Source: a virus
Taxonomy: Duplodnaviria > Caudoviricetes
Direction: 5' to 3' (one strand)
Virus record (IMG/VR): IMGVR_UViG_3300043171_000116
Span: 1-31,805 of that record
Length of the DNA: 31,805 nt
Positions within the stretch are counted from its first letter, which is position 1; the number at the start of each line of letters is the position of its first letter. A model generated the notes under the pieces. That model did no database searches. It was given only the letters and a program-made list of their open reading frames with translations, and was not told the DNA's origin. A program made the translations under genes and the position numbers. Below, piece by piece: positions 8,191-17,464 of this stretch.

Positions 8191-8220
8191 ATTATACTAT
8201 ACAAAGGTTAAGTATTGCAA
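8191..8220 (-). promoter_or_regulatory. sigma70-type promoter
   Basis: TTGCAA-18 bp-TATAAT, back-to-back with the plus-strand promoter. Confidence 0.6.
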
Positions 8221-8225
8221 ACTCC

Positions 8226-8254
8226 TTGACTTAATATTATTTATAGTGCATAAT
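8226..8254 (+). promoter_or_regulatory. sigma70-type promoter of the Rha island
   Basis: TTGACT-17 bp-CATAAT. Confidence 0.65.
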
Positions 8255-8278
8255 GAAACTATAAATATGGGGGTATAA

Positions 8279-8956
8279 ATGGAATTAGTAGAATACAAAC
8301 ATAACCAAGTGTTTTGTGATAGTTCAACAGTTGCTAAAAAATTTAATATACAACATGCAAAGGTTGTAAGAACTATCGAGACTTTAGCAGACAGATTAAG
8401 GGTGACAAATTGTCATGCTAAAATAGAGAAGTTTGAAAAGACTTATAGGAATCAAACTTTTACAGCATACTTAATGGATAGAGAATTTTTTAGTATGCTA
8501 TGTATGAGGTTTAATAATGATAAGGCTCTTGAATGGCAAATAAAGTTTAATAATGCTTTTTATGAAATGGAAGATAGAATAATAAAATCTATCAATAATA
8601 AATCAGACACCACCTTTATTGAAGCTAGACAACAAACTAAATTAGGTAGACGAGAAGAAACAGATGTTATTAAAGATTTTGTAGATTATGCAACAGAACA
8701 AGGTAGTAAGAATGCAAAGTTTTACTATAAGCATATTACTAATTCTACATACAAGGCACTTGAATTAATGATACATAAGAAACCAGCGTTAAGAGATACT
8801 TTAGATATATATCAACTGTCAGAATTATTACTAGCTGAGAGAGTAGCAAAAAACAGTCTTAAGAAGTATATGGATTTAGGTCGAGGCTACAAAGATATAT
8901 ATAAGAGTGTAGCAGAAGATCTAATAGTGTTTGGTAATAGTTTAAAATTAAACTAA
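8279..8956 (+). CDS. Rha-family phage regulatory protein
   Basis: DSSTVAKKFNIQHAKVVRTIE ... YLMDREFFSMLCMRF..KALEWQIKFNNAFYEME. Confidence 0.9.
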   Translation: MELVEYKHNQVFCDSSTVAKKFNIQHAKVVRTIETLADRLRVTNCHAKIEKFEKTYRNQTFTAYLMDREFFSMLCMRFNNDKALEWQIKFNNAFYEMEDRIIKSINNKSDTTFIEARQQTKLGRREETDVIKDFVDYATEQGSKNAKFYYKHITNSTYKALELMIHKKPALRDTLDIYQLSELLLAERVAKNSLKKYMDLGRGYKDIYKSVAEDLIVFGNSLKLN

Positions 8957-8965
8957 GGAGATAGG

Positions 8966-9139
8966 ATGAAGAAATTAAAAAGAATTTTCCAATTAAGATT
9001 ATTAATATGGAGAGATCAGAGCGGAATATGTTTTAAGGTAGGGAGATCTTATGGTGGGGGATGTTGGGAAACATATGTTCCTAAAAAAAGACCATTCTAT
9101 TATATTATCCCTTTATTTGCTGTTAGAGAGGTGGGATAG
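8966..9139 (+). CDS. small basic hypothetical protein (57 aa, not in ORF track)
   Basis: TAAGGAGATAGG-ATG; fills the gap; candidate sRNA target. Confidence 0.65.
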   Translation: MKKLKRIFQLRLLIWRDQSGICFKVGRSYGGGCWETYVPKKRPFYYIIPLFAVREVG

Positions 9140-9140
9140 A

Positions 9141-9410
9141 ATGAAGAAGTGTATTAATAAGTCATGCAAGGAATATGATATAACAGAAGACAATAATTGC
9201 GAGGCGTTTTATAATGTAACAGATAACGAGTGCGGAATATATTTAGAAGCTACTTGTAAGTACACATACAACAATACTCATGATACTTTTGATTCAGAAT
9301 GTATGTTAATACTAGATTTAGTAACAGATATTAGTGACTGGAAATGTTGTCCTTGCGGTAAAACAATAGAGATAATAGGTCAATCCCCTATATTGGGGCT
9401 GGAGGGGTAA
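9141..9410 (+). CDS. Cys-rich protein (start revised to MKKCIN)
   Basis: GAGGTGG SD; many Cys, WKCCPCGKTI. Confidence 0.65.
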   Translation: MKKCINKSCKEYDITEDNNCEAFYNVTDNECGIYLEATCKYTYNNTHDTFDSECMLILDLVTDISDWKCCPCGKTIEIIGQSPILGLEG

Positions 9411-9601
9411 TGAGTACAATATATAAGATAGAAATGGATGTAGTGTCTGATTGGGTAAAACTATCAAAAGAGGAAGTTTCAACAGCTTTAATAAATATGA
9501 TCAATTCTCAAACTAATTATGTTTTAAGAGTATCTGGAACAGTTAAAGTTAATCAACACAAACAAATACAAGCACCTATAATAAAATTGGAGGAGAAATA
9601 A
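9410..9601 (+). CDS. hypothetical protein
   Basis: GGAGGGG SD, TAATG coupling. Confidence 0.65.
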   Translation: MSTIYKIEMDVVSDWVKLSKEEVSTALINMINSQTNYVLRVSGTVKVNQHKQIQAPIIKLEEK

Positions 9602-9602
9602 G

Positions 9603-9773
9603 ATGTATTTAGATTATGAATACACATGCAATAAATGCAAAACTGATTATATAGGTGAGTCTGATATTGATGATTTGCCAGAATCAAAAACAATAACATG
9701 TGAAGAGTGCGGTCACAAAATGGATGTGCAAATTGATATTGATGTTATTGTCAATGTTAGCTCGGCAAGTTAG
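9603..9773 (+). CDS. small Zn-ribbon protein (56 aa, not in ORF track)
   Basis: YTCNKC...ITCEECG; GGAGGAG SD. Confidence 0.7.
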   Translation: MYLDYEYTCNKCKTDYIGESDIDDLPESKTITCEECGHKMDVQIDIDVIVNVSSAS

Positions 9774-9839
9774 TTTAAATCAATCCCCTATATTGGGATT
9801 AGAGTAATTAAACAGGGCTTGACCGCCCAAGGAGAGAGT

Positions 9840-10145
9840 ATGAAAGTATTGATGATATTGGTTGTGTTGTTTATGGGGTGTGCTTTGGATAGATCTTATG
9901 ATAGTAACGGCTTATGGGTTTCAAACTGCTTTAATATTAATTTCATCTCTAATAGTACTCTCGTTTTAAACAACAAGATAGATGAAACATTATCCACACA
10001 TAATTATTATATGGATAATGGATATATTTATTTAGAAACAGGATACAGTTACACTAAATATTTTAGACTATATAAGTGGAGTAAAGATGAGTTAATTATT
10101 AGAGATAATAAAACAGGTCTTAACTTTCTATTGATAAAGAAATAG
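9840..10145 (+). CDS. predicted lipoprotein, beta-rich (start revised)
   Basis: AAGGAGAGAGT-ATG; MKVLMILVVLFMG|C lipobox. Confidence 0.7.
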   Translation: MKVLMILVVLFMGCALDRSYDSNGLWVSNCFNINFISNSTLVLNNKIDETLSTHNYYMDNGYIYLETGYSYTKYFRLYKWSKDELIIRDNKTGLNFLLIKK

Positions 10146-10150
10146 TTTAT

Positions 10151-11293
10151 TTAAAACTTCCAAAAAGTAGCTATCCCTGTCCCTGTAATTATAGCTTTTG
10201 TGTTAGTTCCATCTGAAAAAAACGCACCACCCGTAGTTGTGATTATTGTATTACCATTCTGTTGTATTTTTACATCTCCTGTTCCATCATCAAATCTAAC
10301 GTTATACATGCCTCTTGGAATAGGTGCGCCACTATCTGAAATATCCCATGTTCCACTTGTAGGTGTAGTAGTAGGGTTAACAGGCTTATCAAACGCTATT
10401 GCTACCTTATTAAAAGATACTATCCCATCAATAGCGAACGCATAACTTCCAGCTCCTGAGTTTTCTAGTGTTAATAAATAATCTAAACCCGAATTACCTT
10501 GGATAGAATAATCTCTAACACCTCCAGCGCTCAAAACAAATGGGTATGAACTTGTTGTTGCGTTATTATATGCTTTTAACATTGTACTTGTTGAAGTACT
10601 ATCTATAGCAACAGTAGTTAATAGATTTATTTCATTAAATTGTAAATTCATAATTTCAACTAGAGCTGTAGTAGATGCTGCCATGAACTTCAAACCCATA
10701 CTGGTAGCTGTCGCATCAGTAGAATATACATCCATACTTGCCTGGACACCAGCACCAGCACCAGAATCATCTTCACTATAAAAAGCAAATCTACCCCATG
10801 CCTGATCTGGAACCCATAAAGAACCAGAATATGTGTTTCTGATTGTTACATCAAGAGGGTCTTGCCCTGATTTCCCTGATGCTCCATACATAGTAACAGG
10901 CTTTGAAAAATCATTTGCTGTAGGGCTAAAGACTGCCGTTCCTGCTCCTATTTCAACATTTCCACCACTAGGCTGTAAAACTATAGGATAGGCTGTTGCA
11001 GTAGTATCAACTCTTTGTGATTGAATCCATGACGAACCTGATGACAATACAGTTCCAAATAATAATCCATAAACATCGTTGAATAACATTGATGCTGTAC
11101 CACTTTTCACCCCTAATGTTGGGTATACTCCTGAACTAACACCAGATATAGTAACAAAGTCGGTAAACTTTTTTGCTCCGTTAAATGTTGCTGCCTGATT
11201 TCTAATATAATCAATATTTTCATTAGTCTTGTTTATATCTGCAAACCCAAACCCATCGTTACTATTGTAAAATATTGGTGCTGTCCATCCCAT
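10151..11293 (-). CDS. tail fibre / receptor-binding protein
   Basis: Last gene of the tail block; G/S/T-rich beta content; N-terminal ADINKTNENIDYI anchor motif. Confidence 0.7.
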   Translation of the reverse strand: MGWTAPIFYNSNDGFGFADINKTNENIDYIRNQAATFNGAKKFTDFVTISGVSSGVYPTLGVKSGTASMLFNDVYGLLFGTVLSSGSSWIQSQRVDTTATAYPIVLQPSGGNVEIGAGTAVFSPTANDFSKPVTMYGASGKSGQDPLDVTIRNTYSGSLWVPDQAWGRFAFYSEDDSGAGAGVQASMDVYSTDATATSMGLKFMAASTTALVEIMNLQFNEINLLTTVAIDSTSTSTMLKAYNNATTSSYPFVLSAGGVRDYSIQGNSGLDYLLTLENSGAGSYAFAIDGIVSFNKVAIAFDKPVNPTTTPTSGTWDISDSGAPIPRGMYNVRFDDGTGDVKIQQNGNTIITTTGGAFFSDGTNTKAIITGTGIATFWKF

Positions 11294-13173
11294 TACACTC
11301 TCCCTCGTCTGTTCATGCTAAATTCTCTATGATCTAAGCTTATATCCTGAGATATTACCTTATATACTTTACTTGTGTATAAATCTGTCACTGTTATCTC
11401 GTCTCCTAATTCTATCAATGGGTTTCCATTCCGTGTAAACTCTAAAGATAAATCTCTTTGAGCATCTTTAAAACTTACAAGGTTGTTCTCTGCAATATCC
11501 ACCGCTAGAGCCTTAACCTGTAATGATCTATTAGATGGATAAGTAAAAGCTATTCTACCATTCTCGTTAATAGAATCCGTATCAGTTCTATTTGTTGATT
11601 TAATACCGGACACTTCATAAACTGATCCTGTCGCTTTAAGCTCAAAATCTTGTGCTGTACCATTATTATTTTTAACTGTCACACTAGCACCCCATGAGTA
11701 TTCCACATAACTATCTACTGTAACCCCTGCTACTACTGGAAACACTATTAACTCTGTTATATCTGATACAGGTCTTGTATTATAGTTTATAGTAAAAGCC
11801 TGAGTTGCGCCACTGATAGCCGTTATAGTCTCGGGATCTGTTGAACCTGTCTCATATACTACCGTTCCGGCTGTTTCTTTTAGTGGTGAAGTGTTAACAG
11901 TTATATCATTTACAACGTTACCATATACAGGTTGATTATCTTTATTATCATAATCTGATCTATCAAAAGTTTGTACTGATCCGCCTGGAAAGTTCTCTAG
12001 TTTCTGTATCTGTACAACTCCTAATCTATCGACCCACACAGTACTGCTTGACCCTCCGGCTAATATTTCTAATGCTCGCCTATGGCTTTCACCCTCCATC
12101 CACATTACAGGGATAATATAATCTGTACCGTTTAAGTCAGTATCAATATTATATTCTGTATTAGCCAAACCAGCATCATTTAATACTGTTTCAAACCAGT
12201 CTAAAAATGTATCATTTTTAATAACGTTAGTCGTTATGTTTGTCTGTGTTAATAGGTTAAGCCGATCTCTTGCCGTTGTCGTTGCCTCTTTGCTCGCTTC
12301 CGGTACATCCCACTCGGTAGTCCAGCCCTTAAACATTGGGTGATACTCTATTCCTGACGTAGTCATTAGTCCGAGAGATATCTCAACAAGAGCGTTAGGT
12401 TTTACTAGTCCGGATAATCTTGAAGCTGTGTTATTAGCGTCGAATGGTCTACCATCCCCGTTTATTAGGCATACTGAGGCTTGGTTGGAACTTATAGCCC
12501 CTGTTGGTATAAATCCATCATTTGATATTTCCCTCTCTTCTACGAGGCTCCACGAACATGCTATTTCATCTGTATATATTTCTTTTACTGATGTTGTAAA
12601 CTCTGCTACCTTAACAACAGTGTTTGGCTCGCTCCACTTGGTCACATTTAAGACTACCTTATCAATATCAGCTATCTGTGTAAAAGTAGGTGATAAGTTC
12701 ATAGAGCTATTCCCTGTTACGGTTTCAGTATGTATTAGTGAGACTCCATCATAAAACTTTACAGTGAAATCTACCCCATATTCTACAAGCTTATCGTCAA
12801 AAGCTATATAGTAACTAGACATTGACCTACCATCTGTATAATCTATCTGTGATGTAGCATTTATCACACCGGAACCGTCAGCTATTGAAGCAGACCACCA
12901 ACCCATTTCATTAAAGTTACTTGCATCCACATCAGGGCATAAATGAAAAGAACCGTCTAGTATAGCTTGACCATCCAACTCAAACCATTTGTAGGTCATT
13001 ACAGTTCTACCATTAACCATTTGATCGGGATAAGAGATGTAATTATTATCTAAAGATGATCCTGTTATTGTTGGATCTAAAAAAGCGTCTTTATATGTTA
13101 TTGTTATCTCAGTAAAATAAGTCTGTATATGTGAGTTAATTTTAGTGTTAAACTCTGAGCTTGCAGATATCAA
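11293..13173 (-). CDS. tail tip / baseplate hub (Tal-like) protein
   Basis: Position after Dit; VWVDRLGVVQI, DSINENG and GNPLIELGDEITV hub motifs. Confidence 0.75.
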   Translation of the reverse strand: MISASSEFNTKINSHIQTYFTEITITYKDAFLDPTITGSSLDNNYISYPDQMVNGRTVMTYKWFELDGQAILDGSFHLCPDVDASNFNEMGWWSASIADGSGVINATSQIDYTDGRSMSSYYIAFDDKLVEYGVDFTVKFYDGVSLIHTETVTGNSSMNLSPTFTQIADIDKVVLNVTKWSEPNTVVKVAEFTTSVKEIYTDEIACSWSLVEEREISNDGFIPTGAISSNQASVCLINGDGRPFDANNTASRLSGLVKPNALVEISLGLMTTSGIEYHPMFKGWTTEWDVPEASKEATTTARDRLNLLTQTNITTNVIKNDTFLDWFETVLNDAGLANTEYNIDTDLNGTDYIIPVMWMEGESHRRALEILAGGSSSTVWVDRLGVVQIQKLENFPGGSVQTFDRSDYDNKDNQPVYGNVVNDITVNTSPLKETAGTVVYETGSTDPETITAISGATQAFTINYNTRPVSDITELIVFPVVAGVTVDSYVEYSWGASVTVKNNNGTAQDFELKATGSVYEVSGIKSTNRTDTDSINENGRIAFTYPSNRSLQVKALAVDIAENNLVSFKDAQRDLSLEFTRNGNPLIELGDEITVTDLYTSKVYKVISQDISLDHREFSMNRRGRV

Positions 13174-13557
13174 TTAAACCTCCTGCATGTTTATAGTTAC
13201 AGCATTGCTATAATAAACATCTCTCTGTATTAACGATCCTTTGGTTGGTGGTTGCATTAATACCGTCTTGGTTGTCTCACTTCCTGATTGATCCGTGAAT
13301 ATATATGATAGAAACGTATCACCGGATATCTGTAATAAGTATATATCAAAGAGATCATCAAAATCGCTCTCTGACATTACGCTCCAAGATACTGAGTAAT
13401 TTCCCTTAGTCCCTATGATATTAACCTTTAGCGACCCGTCAGCACTCTCACCGGATACATATTTAAAAGTGTCCTGCCCCTGTTCATTTATACGGCTCTC
13501 GGTTATTAACGTTGATTCACTACCAGATAGTCCTAGTTTTAATACTTGTACAGCCAT
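13174..13557 (-). CDS. distal tail (Dit-like) protein
   Basis: Directly follows the tape measure gene; ADGSL...K..YSVSWSVMS pattern; ends in QEV. Confidence 0.7.
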   Translation of the reverse strand: MAVQVLKLGLSGSESTLITESRINEQGQDTFKYVSGESADGSLKVNIIGTKGNYSVSWSVMSESDFDDLFDIYLLQISGDTFLSYIFTDQSGSETTKTVLMQPPTKGSLIQRDVYYSNAVTINMQEV

Positions 13558-15728
13558 TAGTTTATACCTCTTCTTTGTTGCTCTTTGATGTTTCCAGTAT
13601 ATAGGTCTTTTGACAATCTGTCTAAATCCTGTTGTCTTGGTGGATATAAACTATTGATGTTGATTATAGTTTGACCACCGCCACCTCTAGCGTTTACTTT
13701 ATCAGCAAACCTGTTTAGGATAGCTTCACCCTGCGAGCCTCCACCTAGTATTAGTTCCTCATTGCCTCTTTCCCCTACTGTTACATCAACACCACGTTGA
13801 CTACCTGGGATTATTGCCCCTGTTGCTAGTTGTGGTTTTGGTGGTGGTTGCTGTGACCCAACTACTGCCGCTTGTGCTAATCCCATTGCTATAACGGGAA
13901 CCTGTGCACCTAGTCCGAATATACCAGTTTGACCGTATACTTTCGCAACTCCAATTGCTGTATCTATTGCTATTTGTGTTAGTGCTAAAGCTTTATTTGC
14001 GTTAAACTCTGCAAGCTTTATATCGTAAGCATCGTCAGCAGCTGTTTGTTCTGCTTCTGTTTTAAGCCTATTGTATTCTTCTGTCCCTAGTAACTCTTCG
14101 TCAAGACCTTCTATAGTTGCATTTTTTTCTGATTCAATCTCTTCCAATCTTGCAACATTACTATTTTCCCATATACTATTTAGTGATTCAGCAATACCAG
14201 TTACAAAATCAAACTCTGCTTGAATATTGTCTATTCTTGCTAATCTATTTGCTTCTGCATCTTCTGCCCTTTTCTTCTCTAGCTCTATTAACTTTTCTGT
14301 TTTCTCTTCTTCTAGCTTTAATTCATCGTCAATAGCTTTTTGTTTAGCTTCTGCTTCTGCGTCAAATATAGCTTGTTTATCTGCTTGTAATGCTTCTAGT
14401 GCAATAAGTTGATCGTCTCTATAAGTACCATCCGCTAAAGATACTTTTGTTATTGCTGCAATCTGGTCATCTATTATATCAAGCTCTGTTTTAGCATTCT
14501 CTATAACTTTTTGTATTAATAAATCTTGTTGGGTTACTGCCAATACTCCGGCATCATATTTAGCTTGACGTTGCTTTTCTAGTTCTTCCTCTGCTAATCT
14601 TTCTTCTTCTGTTAAATCTAAAAGTCTTTGCTTGTCGTTTATCTCTATAATTATTAGTGACCTAATTCGATCTTTAACAGCTATTTGTCCTTCCAATAAA
14701 GATATTTGCTTAATGAATACTTTTTGGTCAATTTCTGCTAATTGTTGAGTTTTCTTTAAATCTTCAAAAGATGATTTCTTTATCTTTAATTGCAAGTTAA
14801 GTTCTTTGGTTTCATCTTCTAAAATTAAAAGTCTTTGGTTTGCGGTGTCAGTTCCTTCTTCTATTGCTTTTTCTGCTTCTGCTAAATTGTTAGATTCTCG
14901 AATGAAGTCTGCTACTGCGGATGTTAATTCGCCAAAAGCCGAAGTTGCAATAGTTGCAGCTGGTAACATTGCTCGACCTATTTCTACCTTTAAATCGCTA
15001 ACTGCTGCTTCTGCTATTTTAGTTTGATTGGCAAATGAGTCTTGAGATCTCTCAAAGTCTCCCATTGCATTCTTTGATTGCGCCATTACTAGTGTTAATG
15101 TTGCGTTTGCTTTTGCCTGCTTCTCTGTTGCAAAAGTTAAGCCGTTCTCAGTCTGCCTTAAAACTTCGGCTTTTAGATCTGCTTCGTTAATAGATATCCC
15201 AAGAGCTTTTAATGATTCTCTTTCACCTAATAATGCTTTAGTAAGAGCCTCGCTTGCACCTTCTGCTCCACCGGAAAAGTTAGTGAAACTTGCTAAATCT
15301 GAACCAAGGGACAAAACTTGTGTTGAAAGGTCTAAGGCTGCTGTTTGTGTGAATCCTAGACCCGTTAAAAGATCTCCTGTTCCTGCCAACATATCTTTAG
15401 CACCTGTTATTGAAGTGCCATAACTATCTGCAAGGGCTACCGCCATATCATTAGCATCGTCAGCCATACTAGAGAATACAACATTGAATTTGTTTTGTGT
15501 TTCCTCTGCGTCACTTGCTGCGTCAATTGAAGCTTTTGCTACCTCTGCTAATTTTGAAGCTACAAGGGCAAGACCTAATCCGGCAAACATAGTTTTTAGA
15601 CTTTTTGCCATTCCTGTAACTGATTTAGATACATCATTAGTACGTTTTTCAGATTGATCTACTTTTTTATTAAAGTCTTTTGTTTCAGCGTCTATCTTTA
15701 CAAATAAAGTACCTAAATTATCAGCCAT
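13557..15728 (-). CDS. tail tape measure protein
   Basis: N-terminal LGTLFVKIDAETKDF, DLASFTN, GERESLKALGI, long A/E/K-rich helices, C-terminal LATGAII...VGERGNE. Confidence 0.92.
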   Translation of the reverse strand: MADNLGTLFVKIDAETKDFNKKVDQSEKRTNDVSKSVTGMAKSLKTMFAGLGLALVASKLAEVAKASIDAASDAEETQNKFNVVFSSMADDANDMAVALADSYGTSITGAKDMLAGTGDLLTGLGFTQTAALDLSTQVLSLGSDLASFTNFSGGAEGASEALTKALLGERESLKALGISINEADLKAEVLRQTENGLTFATEKQAKANATLTLVMAQSKNAMGDFERSQDSFANQTKIAEAAVSDLKVEIGRAMLPAATIATSAFGELTSAVADFIRESNNLAEAEKAIEEGTDTANQRLLILEDETKELNLQLKIKKSSFEDLKKTQQLAEIDQKVFIKQISLLEGQIAVKDRIRSLIIIEINDKQRLLDLTEEERLAEEELEKQRQAKYDAGVLAVTQQDLLIQKVIENAKTELDIIDDQIAAITKVSLADGTYRDDQLIALEALQADKQAIFDAEAEAKQKAIDDELKLEEEKTEKLIELEKKRAEDAEANRLARIDNIQAEFDFVTGIAESLNSIWENSNVARLEEIESEKNATIEGLDEELLGTEEYNRLKTEAEQTAADDAYDIKLAEFNANKALALTQIAIDTAIGVAKVYGQTGIFGLGAQVPVIAMGLAQAAVVGSQQPPPKPQLATGAIIPGSQRGVDVTVGERGNEELILGGGSQGEAILNRFADKVNARGGGGQTIININSLYPPRQQDLDRLSKDLYTGNIKEQQRRGIN

Positions 15729-16012
15729 TATCTACCCCATAAAGCAGCTACTTCTTTAAAGTGCTCGCTTGATTTTTGTTTGTCCTTTTGACCCCTGTCT
15801 AACCAGTTTTTAAAGTGTAAGTCATTCCACATCATCAATATTATACTTGTTGGTCTTTGGTAGATTCTATCAATAGTTTCGCTTGATCTCGAACTAATAT
15901 CTGTAATGATTCCTTGCATATGTCTGGGTGTATATTGTACTTTTCTTCCATCTCTACATATAAATTGGTCACTTGGTCTAGAACGGTGAGTTTCATTTTT
16001 GGGAACTTTTTT
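15728..16012 (-). CDS. tail assembly chaperone gpT-like extension, reached by -1 frameshift
   Basis: The -1 frame is open from the slippery A AAA AAG (16012-16006) to the stop at 15728. Confidence 0.7.
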   Translation of the reverse strand, partial: KKVPKNETHRSRPSDQFICRDGRKVQYTPRHMQGIITDISSRSSETIDRIYQRPTSIILMMWNDLHFKNWLDRGQKDKQKSSEHFKEVAALWGR

Positions 16013-16359
16013 TTTTGACCTGTAACAAGTTCATAAACCCATCCTTGAAACTCTTCGTATTGATCACCATTTAATTTCTCAATGCTCTTTATGCCATAAA
16101 AAACATATCTTTTAACAAACTCCCAAAACGCTTTTAATGGTGTATATCGTTCTTTTAGTTTAGCAAAAGATTGTCTTATTAAATAAAGTCCTACCTTATT
16201 AACCATATTGTTTATGTCTAGCTCTGTAAAAGTTTCCTTCTTTACTTGTTCATCCCATAAAGGTTTCATCCTTACAATTTCCATGTAAGCAATATTTGAT
16301 ATTTCTAGTTTTCTTTTACCAAAGTGTATGTATTTAAAATCTTCATTGTGACTGTCCAT
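15841..16359 (-). CDS. tail assembly chaperone gpG-like (start revised to MDSHNE)
   Basis: Between tail tube and tape measure genes; GGGAGAACAC-ATG; contains an A10G run. Confidence 0.75.
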   Translation of the reverse strand: MDSHNEDFKYIHFGKRKLEISNIAYMEIVRMKPLWDEQVKKETFTELDINNMVNKVGLYLIRQSFAKLKERYTPLKAFWEFVKRYVFYGIKSIEKLNGDQYEEFQGWVYELVTGQKKKFPKMKLTVLDQVTNLYVEMEEKYNIHPDICKESLQILVRDQAKLLIESTKDQQV

Positions 16360-16372
16360 GTGTTCTCCCAAA

Positions 16373-16407
16373 GTTGAGCCAGCCGGAGAACAGCCAACCG
16401 ACCCAAC
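16373..16407 (-). promoter_or_regulatory. 14-bp RNA hairpin between tail tube and chaperone genes
   Basis: GTTGGGTCGGTTGG/CCGGCTGGCTCAAC with five G-U pairs; loop region is anti-SD. Confidence 0.65.
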
Positions 16408-16416
16408 GAATTAATA

Positions 16417-17058
16417 TTATGTTATTAAAACTATATTATATTCAGTTACGAATAACTGCTCTAATACATCTCTGTCTACATCTTCCTCTGCTGACATTGC
16501 AATAGGGAATCTCTGAGCTTTATCAGCGTCAATATCGTTTTTCCCTGTAATTGCCATTCCTGCTACTGTGTTAGTTTTAAAGAACACAAAAGAAGTATCT
16601 CTATAGATTGGTGTTACACCTGCAACTACTACCGGAGTAGTATACTGTAGTGCATCTGCTGCGGTTGCGACATCAGCCCATCTGTTTGTATAACGCATCA
16701 TAATAGGGACTTGATTAGAGCCTCCACCAGTGAAAACAGATCTTGCACCATTAACATCAGTAACAAGTTTGTCAATTCCGCCACGTAATGCAATAACATT
16801 AGTAGGGTCTAAAGACCATAGCTCATAGTTTAAAGCTACCTTTTGCCCTGCGATACCTGTATTGATATCCGGTTTAGTTCCGTTAGATGGTTGCCCCTCT
16901 AGCGGCGTGATCTCTTCTGTAAAAGCTGGATTATCACAATAACCGACCTCTACCCATACGGCTGCTGTATGGTCTGCAACTATAGGAGCATATTCAACCT
17001 TGAATGACCCCCCTAGCATAGTCTCTTTTAATTCAAGAGTTGATTGATATAGTGCCAT
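16417..17058 (-). CDS. major tail (tube) protein
   Basis: Position and size; TAGGAGGT SD before MALYQST; WVEVGY motif. Confidence 0.75.
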   Translation of the reverse strand: MALYQSTLELKETMLGGSFKVEYAPIVADHTAAVWVEVGYCDNPAFTEEITPLEGQPSNGTKPDINTGIAGQKVALNYELWSLDPTNVIALRGGIDKLVTDVNGARSVFTGGGSNQVPIMMRYTNRWADVATAADALQYTTPVVVAGVTPIYRDTSFVFFKTNTVAGMAITGKNDIDADKAQRFPIAMSAEEDVDRDVLEQLFVTEYNIVLIT

Positions 17059-17059
17059 G

Positions 17060-17464
17060 TTATGCACCTCCTATATTAATTAACCGTATCTCCACGGCTG
17101 TATTTACTTCGTTTGCTGTTGGATCTGGTATAACTGATAATATTCTTGCTTGTGTCATCATATTGTAACCATTAGACACACCAAACCAACTTTGATATTC
17201 ATCTATAATTGTGCTTGCTAATAAAAAACTATTCCTCTCTGTATTTGCATAACAATTTAATGTGAACACTGATTCTCTTTGATTAAAGTTTTTGTCAAGG
17301 CTACTGCTGTAGAATGTAATTGCTGGTAAATCTGTTTCTGTCTCTGCTAATACTCCACCTTTAATTAATGGGATCGAACCGCCTTGGTAGGTTCCGAGCA
17401 AAGAGGTTATATTACTATTATTTTGCAGTAAAGCGTTTAACGCTGTATAAGGATCATTTGACAA
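17060..17464 (-). CDS. tail terminator / completion protein
   Basis: Between gp10-like and tube genes; LPAITF and FTLNCYA motifs. Confidence 0.7.
   Translation of the reverse strand: MSNDPYTALNALLQNNSNITSLLGTYQGGSIPLIKGGVLAETETDLPAITFYSSSLDKNFNQRESVFTLNCYANTERNSFLLASTIIDEYQSWFGVSNGYNMMTQARILSVIPDPTANEVNTAVEIRLINIGGA

Larger units (their letters stand above)
9381..9797 (+). repeat. 17-bp direct repeat CAATCCCCTATATTGGG (9381-9397, 9781-9797)
   Basis: Identical copies exactly 400 bp apart; degenerate copy near 9569. Confidence 0.85.

Noticed and set aside
9381-9797. Direct repeats as a CRISPR array or IS target duplication
   Set aside because: Only two exact copies, 400 bp apart, with genes between them; no cas or transposase genes
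10151-11293. Diversity-generating retroelement or invertible tail-fibre cassette
   Set aside because: No reverse transcriptase, invertase or duplicated fibre C-terminus seen
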